A stretch of DNA of 64,000 nt from the human T2T-CHM13v2.0 reference genome, Homo sapiens (GCF_009914755.1 NC_060929.1); one strand, 5' to 3'; shown: positions 40,006 to 56,923, counted from the stretch's first letter. Notes: generated by a model from the letters alone, not told the origin. Made by a program: numbers and translations.

Positions 40006-40490
40006 ATATACATTTCAATGAGAAATTAACTCTACATTTTGTTCCAATGCCTATTTAAGTAATCAATCTGCATTTTCAAAAGGAAGAGCAAACACGCAAA
40101 TAAACACAAAGAAAGCAAACTATAACATAATTAATGAAAAAATATCTCCACCAAACATCTTTTCAGTATATCCACAAACATTATTCTGTCCCTCATAACA
40201 CAAACACACAGAAATGCTAGATTACAACACAAATAATGATCAATTCAGGAGAAAAATAAAAGAAATTATTGCCTTAGAGAAATAAATATAATTCAATTAT
40301 AAAGAAAGTGTACTGTTTAGTAATTGATTTAAATTTGATCAGAAGTTGCTTAGCACATAGAAGTTATGTGAGAATGTTGAACAACTGTCCAAAAGCTCCA
40401 TAGCTCCATTCAAATTTCAAATTTTCCTTATTTTATTAACTTCGGTTTTTGAGAAAATGATTTTATATTTTAATATTTTACACCTACTTT

Positions 40491-40561
40491 TCTCTCTCTC
40501 TCTCTCTCTCTCTCTCCCTTTCTCTTAAAAGATACACACATATATATGTGTACATGAAAGG

Positions 40562-40621
<60 letters not shown>

Positions 40622-40626
40622 TATAC
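40491..40626. repeat. Clustered (TC)n, (AT)n and (AC)n microsatellites
   Basis: Read directly; the (AT) run spans ~40568-40607. Confidence 0.95.
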
Positions 40627-41165
40627 AGGATAAGGTAGGTTTGCTATTGTATAATTAGATTTGTTAAAGGGAGTAATCTATATATCCAATTGATAGATAC
40701 ATAAAACACTTATTAGATTCTGCAACCAACCAAGTTGATACTCTGTCATCACTACTGTTAAGAAAATCTATGTAAACATAGTAACACATATCTTAAAATA
40801 GGATCTTTACCAAAATCATTTCATAAAATTATAGAAGATATTGGCAGCTTCAAATAGATAACCTAGTTACCTAGATGCTGTTTTAAGTTTCCAAACCTGA
40901 AAGCTTGGGGATGTTAAGAAATGCAAAAGTCATCTTTGTAACTAGCTAGACATAAACACAAATACATCATATGGGAAAGTATATTTGTGTCCTTGTTATA
41001 TTTAATGGTATTTGAATATTATATCATTATCAATTTCTCACAAATGTTTTAAAATATTTTCTAAAGACATATTTTTGAACTCTTTTTCCTTGTATCCCAA
41101 CTTCACAATCTCTACCTCAGTCTTAAGATATATATAAATATTTATTGTTAAAAAGTATAGGTTGA

Positions 41166-41485
<320 letters not shown>

Positions 41486-43239
41486 TTATTCTATATTTTC
41501 TATGTATATTTTAAAAACATGAGTTCCCTTCTACAAGTTCTCAAAATTAAGGTGTAATACAAAGGGATACAATTGTAACACAGAATTCTCTATAGACTTA
41601 GTATTTTTTAAATGCTGTCCTTACTCACTAAGGCAAATTTGCCATTTCATTTGCATGTATAACATTATCTCTAGATGACCCTTTAAAAGATGTGGTAAAT
41701 TATATTTTTGTGGAAACTTTTAAAATTATACTCTAAAAAATAAACTCCCAAATTAAATGATCTCTTTAAATACCTATCGGTGATTCTGATAACTTTTATT
41801 TATTAGTCAGGATTTTATATTCTCTGACCTCATTTAACAGATCCTTGCTTTCCATCAAAATTGGGATATTTTCCAGTCACTGACTTCAAAACTTTAACTT
41901 GCTTAGCATTTTTTCAATGATTAGTTTATCTTAATCAATAATGATCTACATCTCACTTCTTAAATAATTTGTATTATGCTTTTCAAATTTAAATTTTACT
42001 GTCTGTGTTTCCAGTATTAACTACCTGATAATCTTCTGAGTTAGAAACATGATATCTGGCTACTTTTTTCCTTAGAGAAATCTTCTGTTGAATGTCAAGA
42101 AAAAATATCTACAAAGTAAAATGTAATACAGGCTGTTAATAAGTAATCTCTATTCCCATTTCCAGTGTTTTGCAATATCTTAAAAAAATATGACCTAACT
42201 GATCACACATGTGCTCAAAATTTCTGACACACTTTGTGAATTATGAAAGATAAAAACACACATATTTTGTTTTCCTTCAGAATTTCTGACTTTCAATATA
42301 GTAAATATGTTTTAATATCTTTGAAAATTTATAAGAATAAAAGATATCATAGAGGGTAAAATGATGTACAGGTGGCCCTTAAACTCAATATCTACAATCT
42401 TATGGCTGCTTAAACTAACATGCTAAAATTTACAGAGAATATTATTTATTATGATGTAAGGTGGTTTTGCATATTCTGTAGTTAAAAAAAATGGTGAAAA
42501 GGAGAGATAAGTAAAACCTATTGCCTAGTCTTCAAAATGTAGAAGTTATTTTCACACACTGAAAAGAGAGGAAACAAATTCCAGGTATGTGAAACAGCAC
42601 ACATGAACCATACATTACATGTGAAAAAATGCAAAAAGGGAGACCTTATTTTAGCAGATATTCCACTCCAGGAAATAATAGAAGAAAAATTTGTCTAAGT
42701 GGAGTGGGACTAGGTTATAGAGGACAGGACTTGAGGTTCAGATGGAAAAGTTAAATGTGTTTGCAAGAAACAGAAAATTATTGAAATAAATTAATTCTGA
42801 CTTTTTTATAAGGTTATCTAAATGGCAAAAAGCTGGAGTTTCCATGTATTGCAATATTCTAGGTAGTTGAGTTCTTGCTTTGGAAAAGCAGCTATAAATA
42901 GGTAGATAGAATAAATGTAAACACACACTGCAGTGCAAAAATGCATGTTCACATCTGTGTGTCTGTGAGTGTGTGTGCACATGCTTTCATAGATGTGTCA
43001 CTTGGTTTCTAATTAAATAAAAGAAGTAGAAAACGGATAGGAAAGAGAGTAGTTTCCACATTTAACACCAGGTGACTGGAAGTATACTCAGGTCTAGGAT
43101 AGAAATAAAGTTTTTAATGATAGTTCCTATCTTGGAAGAGAGAATTGCAAGTCAGTATAGTTTTAGACTGATTCTGAACTGACTACAATGTATTTATGAA
43201 ACACTCCTTCTGTAAACATGCTTAAAATTACTTTTTTCC

Positions 43240-43762
43240 AAACACAATTATTAACCCTTCTTTCCTGGATTATCTGTTTTCAGCTGAGCTTCTTCCATGC
43301 TCCACTAAACCATTTCTTGCATCACAGTGGAGAGTCGAAGAATTCCATCTCTTGGAATCACTTTCAAGCAGATGTCTAGCTTGGATTCAGCCAATGGGAT
43401 TCAATAAAGAGAGATTTAAAAGTCAGAAGAAAACAAGAATTCCAGTACAGCTGTAGCAAGATGCGCAGGCATTTGGCAGACATGACGTTGGCAGCAGCAT
43501 CCAAGTGAGTTCCTGTGAATCACCCGCTTTGAGAATTCAAGCAACTAGTGCCATTGCAGGTGGCTTTCTCACATTCTTGAATTTTTAGATCTCTGAGGCT
43601 AGTTAACAATCTCTTTGACATATACAAATGCAACTTTACAAGGGAGAAAAAAGCATCCAATTCTCTGCATTGATTTTTTTTCCTACTCAAAATAAATTCT
43701 TAGAATGCTTTAGGTTTTGACTTTGTTGTTTTTTTTTTTATTTTAGAAAAGCCTAAGTAACA
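43240..43762. mobile_element. Ancient ERVL LTR remnant (LTR33/LTR16-like)
   Basis: ttggattcagccaatggga...gagatt...agaag motif; highly degraded. Confidence 0.35.
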
Positions 43763-43784
43763 CATCATCTTTTTAAAATTTTTA

Positions 43785-45251
43785 TTTTATTGTGCTAAAC
43801 ACACAGTATGAGCTCCACCCTCTTAACAAATTTTAGTGTACAATACATCATTGTCAACTACAGGTACAGTGTTATAAAGTAGATCACTAGAGCTGAATCA
43901 TCTTGGTAACTGAAACTTTATGTTCATTGATTAGCAACTCCCCATTTTTTTCTCCACCCAGCCTCTGGCGGCCACCATTTCACCCTTTGATTATAAGATT
44001 TTGACTATTTTCAATGTTTTCTCCAAGTAAAATCATGGAGTATTTGTCCTTCTCTGACTGGATTATTTCACTTAGCGTAATCTCCTCCAGCTTCATTTAT
44101 GTTGTCACATATTGACAAATTTCCTTTTTTGTATGGCTAGCTATATTCCGTTGCATGTATATACCATATTGTCTTTATGTGCTAATCCATTTTTAATAGA
44201 CATCTGGGTTGTTTCCACATCTTATCTCTTGTGAATAGTACCACAATGAATACAGAAGTGTTAATATCGCTTCAAGATTCTCATGCTATTTTTCAGATAT
44301 ATACCCACAAGTGGGATTGCTGGATCATATCATAGTTCTATTTTCAATTTTTTGAGCAACCTCCACAATGTTTTTTATAGTGGCTCATCATTTTTTATTC
44401 CCACCAACAGTGCATGAGAGTTCTAGTTTCTCCACATGCTGGCCAATACTTGTATTTCTCATTTTTGATAATAGCTATCCTAACAAATGTGAAGTGACAT
44501 CTAATTGTGGTTTTGATGCATTTCCCTGATGACTAGTAATGTTAACATCTTCTTATATACTTCTTGGCCACTCATATGTCTTCTTTAGAGAAATATCTAT
44601 TCAACTCTTTGGCCCATTTTTAAATTGTATTATTAGGGTTTTTGGTTTATCTTGTTTTGTTATGTCTTGTTTGTTTGTTTTTGCTATCGAGTTGTAGGAG
44701 TTCATTATATATTTTGGAAATTAACCCTTTATAAGGTATATGGTTTGCAAATATTTCCTCCCAATCTGTAGTTTGCCTTTTCATTCTGTTTATCCTTTGC
44801 TGTGCAGAAGCTTTTCCGTTTGGCACAGTTACACTCATCTATTGATGTTTTAGTTGCCTGCACATTTGTGCCATATTTATGAATTCAAACTTAATGAAGA
44901 AGGTGAAAGATTTGTACATTGAAACCTACAAAACATGGATGAAAATGTTAGATAAGACACAACTAAATGGAAAGACATCCCATATTCATGGATTGGAAGT
45001 CTTAATATTGTTTAAATGTCCATATTATCAAAACAATATACAGATTCAATGTAATACCTAATAAAATTCCAGTGGCATTTTCTATAGAAATAGGAAAAGC
45101 AACTCTAAAATGTATATGAAACCACAGATTGACACAAACAATAGAATAAATTTTGCAAAAGAAGAGCAAAGGTGGAGGCATCACAATATATTTGTGTTAT
45201 ATACATCACAGTATATTTCAAAATATGTTATAAAGCCACACTAATTAAAAC
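43785..45251 (-). mobile_element. L1MA9/L1MB-like element with inverted 5' segment
   Basis: Antisense 3' end at 43785-~44875 joined to a sense ORF2 piece at ~44876-45251 (VKDLYIETYKT...); flanking aaaattttta at 43775-43784 and 45252-45261. Confidence 0.75.
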
Positions 45252-45264
45252 AAAATTTTTACTA

Positions 45265-45882
45265 TGTATCAGCCCTAACTGAGCTGAGACCAGGTACCAG
45301 ACAACTAAGGACAACTGTGTGTCCAAGGCCTGCCAAGTTTCTTCAAATTAGCCAATCCACAAGGATCCCAGGAAACCTAGCTGTGCTTACCCTATTTGCT
45401 ATACATAAACATTCCCTTATGGCTTCAGTTTGCTGTTATGCTTCATGGAGGGCACCTCTGTGTGGCCCTGCCAGGTAGCTTTTTTCTTTGAGGTTGTAAA
45501 TAACAAAATATTCTGCCTTTTTTTTTTTTTTTGAGACAGTGTCTGTCACTGAGGCTGGAGTGCAATGGTGCAATCTCGGCACACTGCAACCACTGCCTCC
45601 TGAGTTCAAGCGATTCTCTACCTCAGCCTCCTGACTAGCTGAGATTACAGGCGCCCGCCACCATGTCTAGCTAATTTTTGTACTTTTAGTAGAGACAGGG
45701 TTTCACCGTGTTGGCCAGGCTGGTCCCGAGCTCCTGACCTCAGATGATCTACTGCCTCGGTCTCCCAAAGTTTTGGGATGACAGGCGTGAGCCACTGTGC
45801 CCGTGCTCGGCCTCTGCCTTTCTTTTATCTAAAGTGTCATTGTGTTGTAACCTTCCATCGAAAGGATCTTCAAATCTTATAA
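45265..45882 (+). mobile_element. ERVL-type LTR (MER77/MER68-like) interrupted by an Alu
   Basis: caaattagccaatcc...gtgtggccctgc...gtaaataacaaa, resuming after the Alu as gtgttgt...ggatcttcaaatcttata. Confidence 0.5.
45521..45812 (-). mobile_element. AluS (Sx/Sz-like)
   Basis: Antisense Alu with poly(T); TSD tctgccttt at 45512-45520 and 45813-45821. Confidence 0.94.
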
Positions 45883-47839
45883 ATAAAAAAAGGAGGCAAC
45901 TTGATACATACCAAATGGGGACAATGAGCAGCACATGCTAAGAGAACAAAAGTTCTAGTCCCACGGATTAACATGATAGTGGAGATGAGGTGGAAATTTA
46001 TGGTGACAAAATATGCAGTCTTTAAACAATACTGATTCAGAGGCAAAAGAGGACAAGATATAATTTGATTCTATATGGTATTGATTATTCAAAGGAAAAG
46101 GGAGTTTGGAATATGAAATGCAGTGGCTATCAAGTGTGTTAACAAAGAAATTCTACCCACGCATAAGGATCAAGAGACATCAAGATCTGGTTGCTGGAAT
46201 GGCAATAACTGACTAGAAACTTTATCATGAATTCTCAAATTAATCTCAGACAACAGCAGTTTGTGGGATAACTGTTTTGACATACACCAATTAAAACTTT
46301 GCTGTGAAAATGACACCCTGATATTCTGAAATTCTAGATGATATATTTTTTTCAAAAAACATTCTTATCCACAGAGATTACAATCTCTCACAAAGGAATT
46401 AATCATATTATTGCACACTTAAATTTGAACCTTGATTCTTCCCCTAATTCAGGGGATCCTTTGTACGCTTTTCAAGGTTTCAAATATTTTAGTCTATAAA
46501 GGCATTAGAGTAGTGTATAAGTCGCTCCTCTCTGGTCATATATACAAAGGTCTGCTACAGAAATTAGTTTGGTGTTTTTGTTTTTAATAGACTATTTACT
46601 TGATCATCATTTTACTTAAATCTGAGCAGTAAATTAGAAGCAAATATACTTGCTACTGCTGTACCATTAATGCCTATTTTTAAACATTTTTTTCTTTCTT
46701 CTCATTTTCCCATGTTTTCCCTTAATTGTTTTACAAATATTACTATTAGTCTAATGCCTCATTCCACATCTCATTCTATAGCAACTGCTGCATGTTCTTT
46801 GCCTTCATAAAAACAATTTTTATGTAAAATTATAAATGAGCTATTGGTCTATCTTTGAGGTTTTCTCCCGCCTTTAGAACACATTTTTTAGACTGTAAAT
46901 TGATTGCAATCACCAAGTTTGAAAATAGGTGTTTCTTAAAGTAGACATTTCTGATATTTAATTTTACACAGGAGGTGACTTCCAAACAGAACTGTGTTGT
47001 TTATATGTATTTCATCTGATTTAGAAATGCAGCAACTTTTCCTCTAAAAAAAAAAGAAAAGAAAAAAAAGACCCTAGATGAACAACAACAATAACAAAAA
47101 TAGGACAACAGGCAACTTCATTTTGAAGGAAAAATAATACATTCACTGATGCATCAGTGATTTTTTTTTTTTTTTTTTTTGAGGCAGTGGGCTCTGAGAA
47201 CTTGCCAGAACAGGTTTCTGTAAGAATTTTACTTTTACAGAATGGAGTACATACTTAAAATCTACAGACCCAGCAACATTAGCTAACTGCAGAAGTCTCT
47301 TTGCTTCCCAGTCCCGGCTCTGAGCATACTGAAGCCTCAAGAGCTGTAGAGTGATTTCTCGCTTTCCCCGTTGCATAGTAAATACCAATTTATTTTTTTA
47401 ATTGGTCCAGTACTCTTGGAAGTTATGCTCTTTTCATCCATATTGTCCATATTTGACTTTGTTTGTATTATAGTCATAATAGTTATATTAAATCCCTTTT
47501 ACTTTAACCCTAAGATTTGGACATTTGTCAGCGTTCTTCTACACACTCTTTTGATTACTGTCCACATCTTGCATTTTAGATGTAGCCTGAATTTTATTTC
47601 ATTTTGTATAAAATAACCATTGAGAATGTCAATGATGTCAATGTCACACAAAGAGGGTTAACTGTATCAGCATTGGAGGAGCTAAACTTTTCAGTCCAAT
47701 CAGTTAATAAACTATGTTTGTACTGGGTTTACAAGGTTGATGTAAACATTCCACAAGGGGAAAAAACAGAATAATAAAAGTATAAAATAATTATTTGTAG
47801 AAATCTAGAGAAATATACTTCATTATAAAAAATGAAGTG

Positions 47840-48630
47840 AAGAATTTCCTGGGGAACTTTATTTTAGCAGAATTGGCCCCATTCAACATAGAAAACTTAA
47901 AGCAATTTTAATAGAAACATTTAAAAAAGTTATCAATCAATTATCCCCTCCAAGAGGATCTATATAATCCTTGAATATAGAAAAATGTTTTCTAACTATA
48001 TATCAAAATCTGGAGGCATTAGAAATAAATACTTATAAATTAGACAATAAGAAAGTTGTAAATAAAAAAAATAAGCAAACAAAGCTATATAATAAACTGG
48101 GGAGAAAATATTTGTGACATGTTTCACATATACATGAATAGCACATGCTATTCTTTAAAGTCTCTTGAAATTTTGAGGAAAAGATAGAAAAAATAAGTAT
48201 AAAAGACAAGAATTGCGAATTCACCCCCAATAAAGTAGTTAGGTGTGTGTGTGTACATATATGTGTGTGTGAGTGTGTGTGTGTGTGCAGACATGTTCAA
48301 AAAGTTAATCATTGGCACAACATGGATGAAACTCAAAAACATTATACCAAAGTGAAAGAAGTCAGGTAGAAAAGACCACATATTTTGTTATTTTGTTTCT
48401 ATCAAGCGTCCTAAAAAGACAAGTCTGTAGAGACAGAATGTAGTCATCTGCAGTTGTGAGTGGAAATGAGATCATGTGTCAATATGCATTAGGAATCTTA
48501 TCAGAGTGATATAATTATGCTAAAACTATGGTTTCCCAGGTTGGTAAGTTTACTAAAAATCACTGAACTGTCACGTTAAATGAGTGATTTTATGATATGT
48601 AAATTATACCTCAATAAAGTTGTTTTTAGA
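47840..48630 (+). mobile_element. Old L1 (L1MC/MD/ME) 3' end
   Basis: caacatggatgaaactcaaaaacattat...gtagagacagaatgtag...gtaaattatacctcaataaagttg. Confidence 0.65.
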
Positions 48631-49299
48631 GAAGTAACTCACATGTCTGACCTCCAATTTTCACAGAGTTGAGCTTAAAACAAAACAAAAAGGCAGCCTT
48701 CAAACATCATTTAGAGCAAGTAAAGAGGATCTAGAACTTTCTAGGTTGACAAATACAAATTGTGCTTATTCTCTCAGCCCTGCCTCTCACACCAATAAAG
48801 GATTTTCAATGTAAGAAAACAACTGATGGAAAATATCACATCTAAGGTATGTCCATGGGCCCTTTAGTTAAGAATTCTGAATACCCAGTGGAGTCTCTCA
48901 GTTGTACCAAAAGGGCTGCGGGACTCTTTGTAGTGTGATTTTCTAGCAGCCTGCCATGACCCGAAAGGCAGAGATGAAATCTATGGAAAGAAATATCTCA
49001 AACACAATGATGCATGTGAGTTTTGCCAACAGGCATGGAATAAATTCATGAGAATACCTACAAAGTTTTTGAGTCTGCTTGTACTGATTAAAGTGGTGCT
49101 AACTTGAACTAAAAGGGCTTGAGATACTTTACAAGTTAAAAATCATACTTGCTTCTTCTCCCATATTTCTACTGTTAAGAGATAGGCTGAAAGTTTGCTT
49201 AAAGGATACATTTCCTAACATAATTTTCACAACTGGTTAAGAAGGGTGATGGAAAAAATAACTATGACTGTCCTATAGAACATAGCCATGGCTCATTAC

Positions 49300-50140
49300 A
49301 TACAATCAAGTGGGGAAGCAAGCCCAGGTTACAGAGCAAAGGCCTAACCACAGTACACATCTTACCACTGGTGCAAAAGACCTGGCAAAAATTGCCTGGT
49401 GAGATTGAAAAGTTTCTATGAGACAATACTGCCATGTACCTCCCATTCTTCTGTGTTTCAAGCAGGAGTGTTTATTGCCATTGTTTGCCAATGTTTGTTG
49501 ATTGTTGAGGCTGATACATTGTCCTTTTAGTTCACAGATTCCCCAAATCAAGAGAACTTACTTATGAAATAGATATAGATGACACATTCCTGGACTATTT
49601 CCTTGCAGTGATGAGAATATTTGGGGTTTCTGGAATAAGGATAAGACTATTTTGCAATGTGACGGAGATATGAATAATTGCAGCTAAAGTCTGACTATGT
49701 TATACAAAAGTCATCAATTTTCACCCCTCCCCACAATCATATTTGCCGTGTAACATTGCAGTGCCCATTCACTCTGACTTTGTCCTGGTTTCATGACCTG
49801 CTTTGGCAGACAGATTATTGACCAGTTATGAGGCAAGCAGAAGCTATAAAAAGGGGCTTATGCATTCCTGCTTGTGCTCTTACTTTCTGCCAGTGCTATG
49901 AGATGAGCATTTTCAAGATAGCCTACTGGTTTCAGGAAGGCAGAAGAGAGACACATGGAACAGAATTGAGTTACCTCAGTTATTCACCAACCTAGATCAT
50001 TTGTCAGCCAGCCAATTCCTAGATTTAAGTAAATCCATCTAAAATTAGCAGGAGCACACAGCTCACCTCCATAGATGTGTTTTCAGTATATGCTTATTTT
50101 CTTAAGCACCTCAGATGTTAACACTATTTTTAAATGAATC
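49300..50140 (+). mobile_element. MLT1 internal 3' end plus MLT1I/J-like LTR
   Basis: tattttgcaatgtg...tatgaataattg followed by LTR-like catgacctgctttggc...gcaagcagaagct...cctcagatgtt. Confidence 0.5.
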
Positions 50141-50357
50141 ATCACCATATATTTATGAACAGGGCCATTCTGTTCTTATGTCAAACCATACAATGCTATT
50201 TGCAAAGTTACTAAGTGCTAATGTCATTATTTCACATCTGAGCATACATAAACAGTTCAATTCTGAACTACTTTATGTGTTTTATTTCATTTTAATTCCA
50301 TCATGTCATATATTGACTATTGGGAAGAACCAGCATTTTAAATGACTGCTAGATTTT

Positions 50358-52854
<2,497 letters not shown>

Positions 52855-53285
52855 TGACTGCTATATTTTAGATAGTTTATATCTTGCCATTTAAGTGTAC
52901 AAAGTAATGAATTTTAAATAGAAAAAAAGCTACCCAAGCATGAAACTATTTAGCAATATGTTTACATAACTATGGATATTTTGTTTCTTAGGAAAGGTCA
53001 TTTGAAGATAAATATCATATTTTAAAAAGTGTGGCTATGTTGAAACAAAATCAATTTTTAGTGATTTATCATATAGTAATAAAAGTCCATGTTTATACCC
53101 ATTATTATCATTATCGATTAATTTAGTTATGTCTGTGTAATTCTTATTTTTAACTATGACTGTCTTTTCAGGCAATTAACATTTTCCTGCATACTCATGT
53201 ATGAGCTATGAAACATTTTTTTTAATTTTATATTAAAACATGCATTACTTTAGTGACAATTTGGTGTGCTGTAATTAGGGTATAA

Positions 53286-53710
53286 AACCAAATGTCCAGC
53301 AATGATAGACTGGATTAAGAAAATGTGGCACGTATACACCATGGAATACTATGCAGCCATAAAAAATGATGAGTTCATGTCCTTTTTAGGGACATGGATG
53401 AAGCTGGAAACCATCATTCTCAGCAAACTATCGCAAAGACAAAAAACCAAACACCGCATGTTCTCACTCATAGGTGGGAATTGAACAATGAGAACACATG
53501 GACACAGGAAGGGGAACATCACACACTGGGGCCTGTTGTGGGGTCAGGGGAGAGGGGAGGGATACCGTTAGGAGATATACCTAATGTTAAATGACGAGTT
53601 AATGGGTGCAGCACACCAACATGGCACATGTATACATATGTAACTAACCTGAACGTTGTGCACATGTACCCTAAAACTTAAAGTATAATAAAAAAAATTA
53701 AATTAAAAAA
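53286..53710 (+). mobile_element. 5'-truncated L1PA (PA3-5) 3' end
   Basis: MIDWIKKMW...SLIGGN* followed by the L1PA 3' UTR and an A tail; no TSD recognised. Confidence 0.93.
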
Positions 53711-54663
53711 CATATTTTCTATGTTTGCACTTGATTAATGAACGTTGTTGTGCGTTTTTATTCCGCCTTTCGCATTACAGAGCAAAGATTCATACCATAT
53801 TCATCACATACTTCCTGTAAACCAAGCCCATGCTAAAAATAGGCACAATGGAGAATATCTTTTCTGTCATCATACGCTTACAATTTCTGCCTTCACCACA
53901 AAGTTCATTCTTAATGTTCCATGAGAAGTTCTAAGTTTCCTTTCTTTCTGTTCCCATTTCTACCATAGTACACTGATGCAGGCCACATCAACAATTCTGC
54001 TTTCAGGAATATCAAACTGAGAAGAAGACATCAGCTTCTATGTTCACAAAAGCTCTCACGCTGAAAGAGGCCCATGTCAAATTCTCTGAAGAACTTCCTC
54101 TCTAAATAAGGTCCCACAGCTGGAATCATTTATTTAGGTGACTATATATCAAGCATCAGAGAAGGAGCATTAGCATCCCCTCTTTAGACATGAAAAAACT
54201 TTGCTGGTGGTTTTCTTGAGCAGCTCCTACGTGCTGCAAACAACATTCCACAAAAAAGCAACTCTGAGTCCAATGATTTTTTTCTGTCTCATCCTCCTCC
54301 TAAGCTCTTTGCTTACATGGACAGAAAGGGAAAATAGGTTGAAAGTTGTAAGTCACAGCATAAGTTAAGTTGGTAAATAAGCCCTGGAGAAAATGTCTCA
54401 TATCATTGTCTTACTTTAGGATAGGAGGTATGTCTTCTGCCCTCAGCTTTGTATCCCAATTGCCATCTTGGAGGCAATAAAAAAATTCACTCACCATCCA
54501 CAGTTATGTAAAAACCTAAAATTCCATGCAATATTTATTTAAAAATAAGATGGGTGCTGATATTAGGGTATTATTTTCCTTTTCTAAATACAAATGTTAT
54601 ATCCATCTAAAAAGAAATAGAATAAAATCAGGTATTAAGGTGAAGTAATATGCAAAATGACAG

Positions 54664-55522
54664 AGTATTAGTTATCTATTGATACTACAACAAATTACCA
54701 CAAATTTAATTGCTTAAAACAAGTCAAATTTATTACCTTACAGGTGTGTACATTAGAAGTCTTAACACAGATCTCACTGGGCTAAAATCAACAAATAGGT
54801 AGAGCTGCATCCCTTTCTGGAGGGAGACTGTAAGAGATAATCTATTTACTTTCTTTTTTTCAGTTTCCTGAGGCCACCCATATTCCTTTTGGCTCCATGT
54901 TCCCTTCCATCATCCTCAAAACCAGTGATTAATAATTAATACATCTTGGGCCAGGTGTGATGGCTCACACCTATAATCCTAGCACTTTGGGAGGATAAGG
55001 AGGGCAGATTCCTTAAGACCAGCCTGGACAACACGGAGGAACCCAGGCTCTACAAAAAATACAAAAATAAGCCAGGCGTGGTGGGGTGTGACTGTAGTGA
55101 CAGCTACTCAGGAGGCTGAGGCAGGAGGATCACTTAAGCCCTGGAGGTCGAGGCTGCAGTGAGCCATAATCATGCCACTTGCCCTCCACCTTGGGGGACA
55201 GAGTCTCAAAGAATGATTTAATACTATTTTGAGATGATGTCTCAAAAAATAATTTAATAATAATAATAATAATAAATCTCACTGATTTCCTTTCATAGTG
55301 ACACTTCCCTCTGACCACTGCAGGAAATTGCTCTCTGGTCTTAAGGATTCATGTGATTAGATTGTACCCCCCTGGGTAATCCCAGGTAATCTCCCCTTCT
55401 CGAAGACCTTAACTTTAATTACATTTACTAAGTCTCTTTTGACATGAAAGATAATATATTCACAGGTTCCAGAAATTAGGGCATTGACATTTGAGGTGGA
55501 AGGGATATTCTGCCTACTAGAC
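54664..55522 (-). mobile_element. MLT1C/D MaLR LTR interrupted by AluJ
   Basis: tattagttatctattg...acaaattaccacaaattta...ctcactgggctaaaatcaa; resumes as taaggattcatgtgattagattg...attcacaggttccag...tattctgcctacta. Confidence 0.75.
54949..55275 (+). mobile_element. AluJ with rearranged 3' end and (AAT)n tail
   Basis: ggaggatcacttaagccc...gaggtcgaggctgcagtgagcc (J diagnostics). Confidence 0.9.
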
Positions 55523-55997
55523 AGTTAAAGGAAGCACTGGTTTTCGACTGGAAATATCAAAATATACTACAAAGCTTTTTAAAAAAAATATGGTATATCA
55601 AGGGGCAGACTCTCTTCCAGACTTACTGACTTAGGATCTTTAGTGTTGAGGCCTCACATGCTCATTTTAAATATTTCTGAGAATCTGCTAATTCCCAAGT
55701 ATGGACACAGAAAATATTACAATGTTTAAATGAAGATAATGATTTTAAGAGAAAATATATAATACATATATCACATTATTTTACTCAAAATATTTTTCTA
55801 CTCTAAATTGCTACAGAAATATCATATGATGTGGCCACACACATGCGTGCATGCGCACACACATATATATTTCCCTAGACTTAACATATGTGGATAGATT
55901 TTAAAATATAAATGCAAAAATACAAATTTATCACATGTTTAAAGATCTGCACATATAGCAAAAGCTGTTCCGGCTATCTAAGAGAAATTTGGACTTA

Positions 55998-56530
55998 AAG
56001 GTTACCAGATACAAAAATACAGTTAAACATGAGGAATCAGTTCCAGTGGTTTTTTTTTTTCTGAGTAGTTTCTATTTATTTATTTATTCATTTATTATAT
56101 TTTAAGTTCTAGGGTACATGTGCACAACATGCAGGTTTGTTACATATGTATACATGTGCCATGTTGGTGTGCTGCACCCATTAACTCGTCATTTATGTTA
56201 GGTATATCTCCTAATGCTATCCCTCCCCCGTCCCCCCTCCCCCCACCCTACAACAGGCCCCGGTGTATGATGTTCCCCACCCTGTGTCCAAGTGTTCTCA
56301 TTGTTCAATTATAGCACTAAAGGGTGACTATAATTAACATCAATTTAATGTATATTTTCAAAGAGCTAGAAAAGCAGATTTTAAATGTTTCCAGCACAAA
56401 GAAATGTTAGATAGTAGAGGTGATGGATATGCTAAGTACCCTCATTACACATAGCGTACATGTATGGAAATAACAGACTGTACCCCATAAATATTTAAAA
56501 TTATTATGTCAATTGAAAATAATAACAAAA
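55998..56530 (+). mobile_element. L1MA (MA4-7-like) 3' UTR split by an L1PA insertion
   Basis: gatacaaaaatacagtt...gaggaatcagttccagtgg continues after the insert as atagcactaaagggtgactata...cagcacaaagaaatg. Confidence 0.7.
56050..56310 (-). mobile_element. 5'-truncated L1PA (PA5-7-like) 3' UTR
   Basis: ttaagttctagggtacatgtgcacaacatgcagg...gtgttctcattgttcaatt with a composite tail. Confidence 0.92.
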
Positions 56531-56923
56531 GCAAAAATGTGGGCACTGAAAAGAAATGAACTATTATTACATATTAAAGAAAAGGAAGAAAAGAGAAAAA
56601 GAGGAAATTTGGACTTGCCAGTGAGTATAGATGAAATGTTAACGTCATACACTTCCAGAAGGCCTTTCAGCAAAATTACGTGCAAAAGGACTTCTATTTT
56701 TTCATTGAGATATAAAGGAAGAATTGGATCTGATGACACCCATAGTAAGAACTGATGAAGAATATGTGCGTGGGAGGGGGCAGGTATGATAAAGTCTGTT
56801 TCACTTCTGTGTTATGGAGATGGACATTTGAGCTCATTTGAGCCCCGATAGAGAGAGATGTTATGGGCAAAAGATAAAAAATTTGAGGGACAGTGGAGCA
56901 GGGATATTGTTGTCTGCTGCGTC

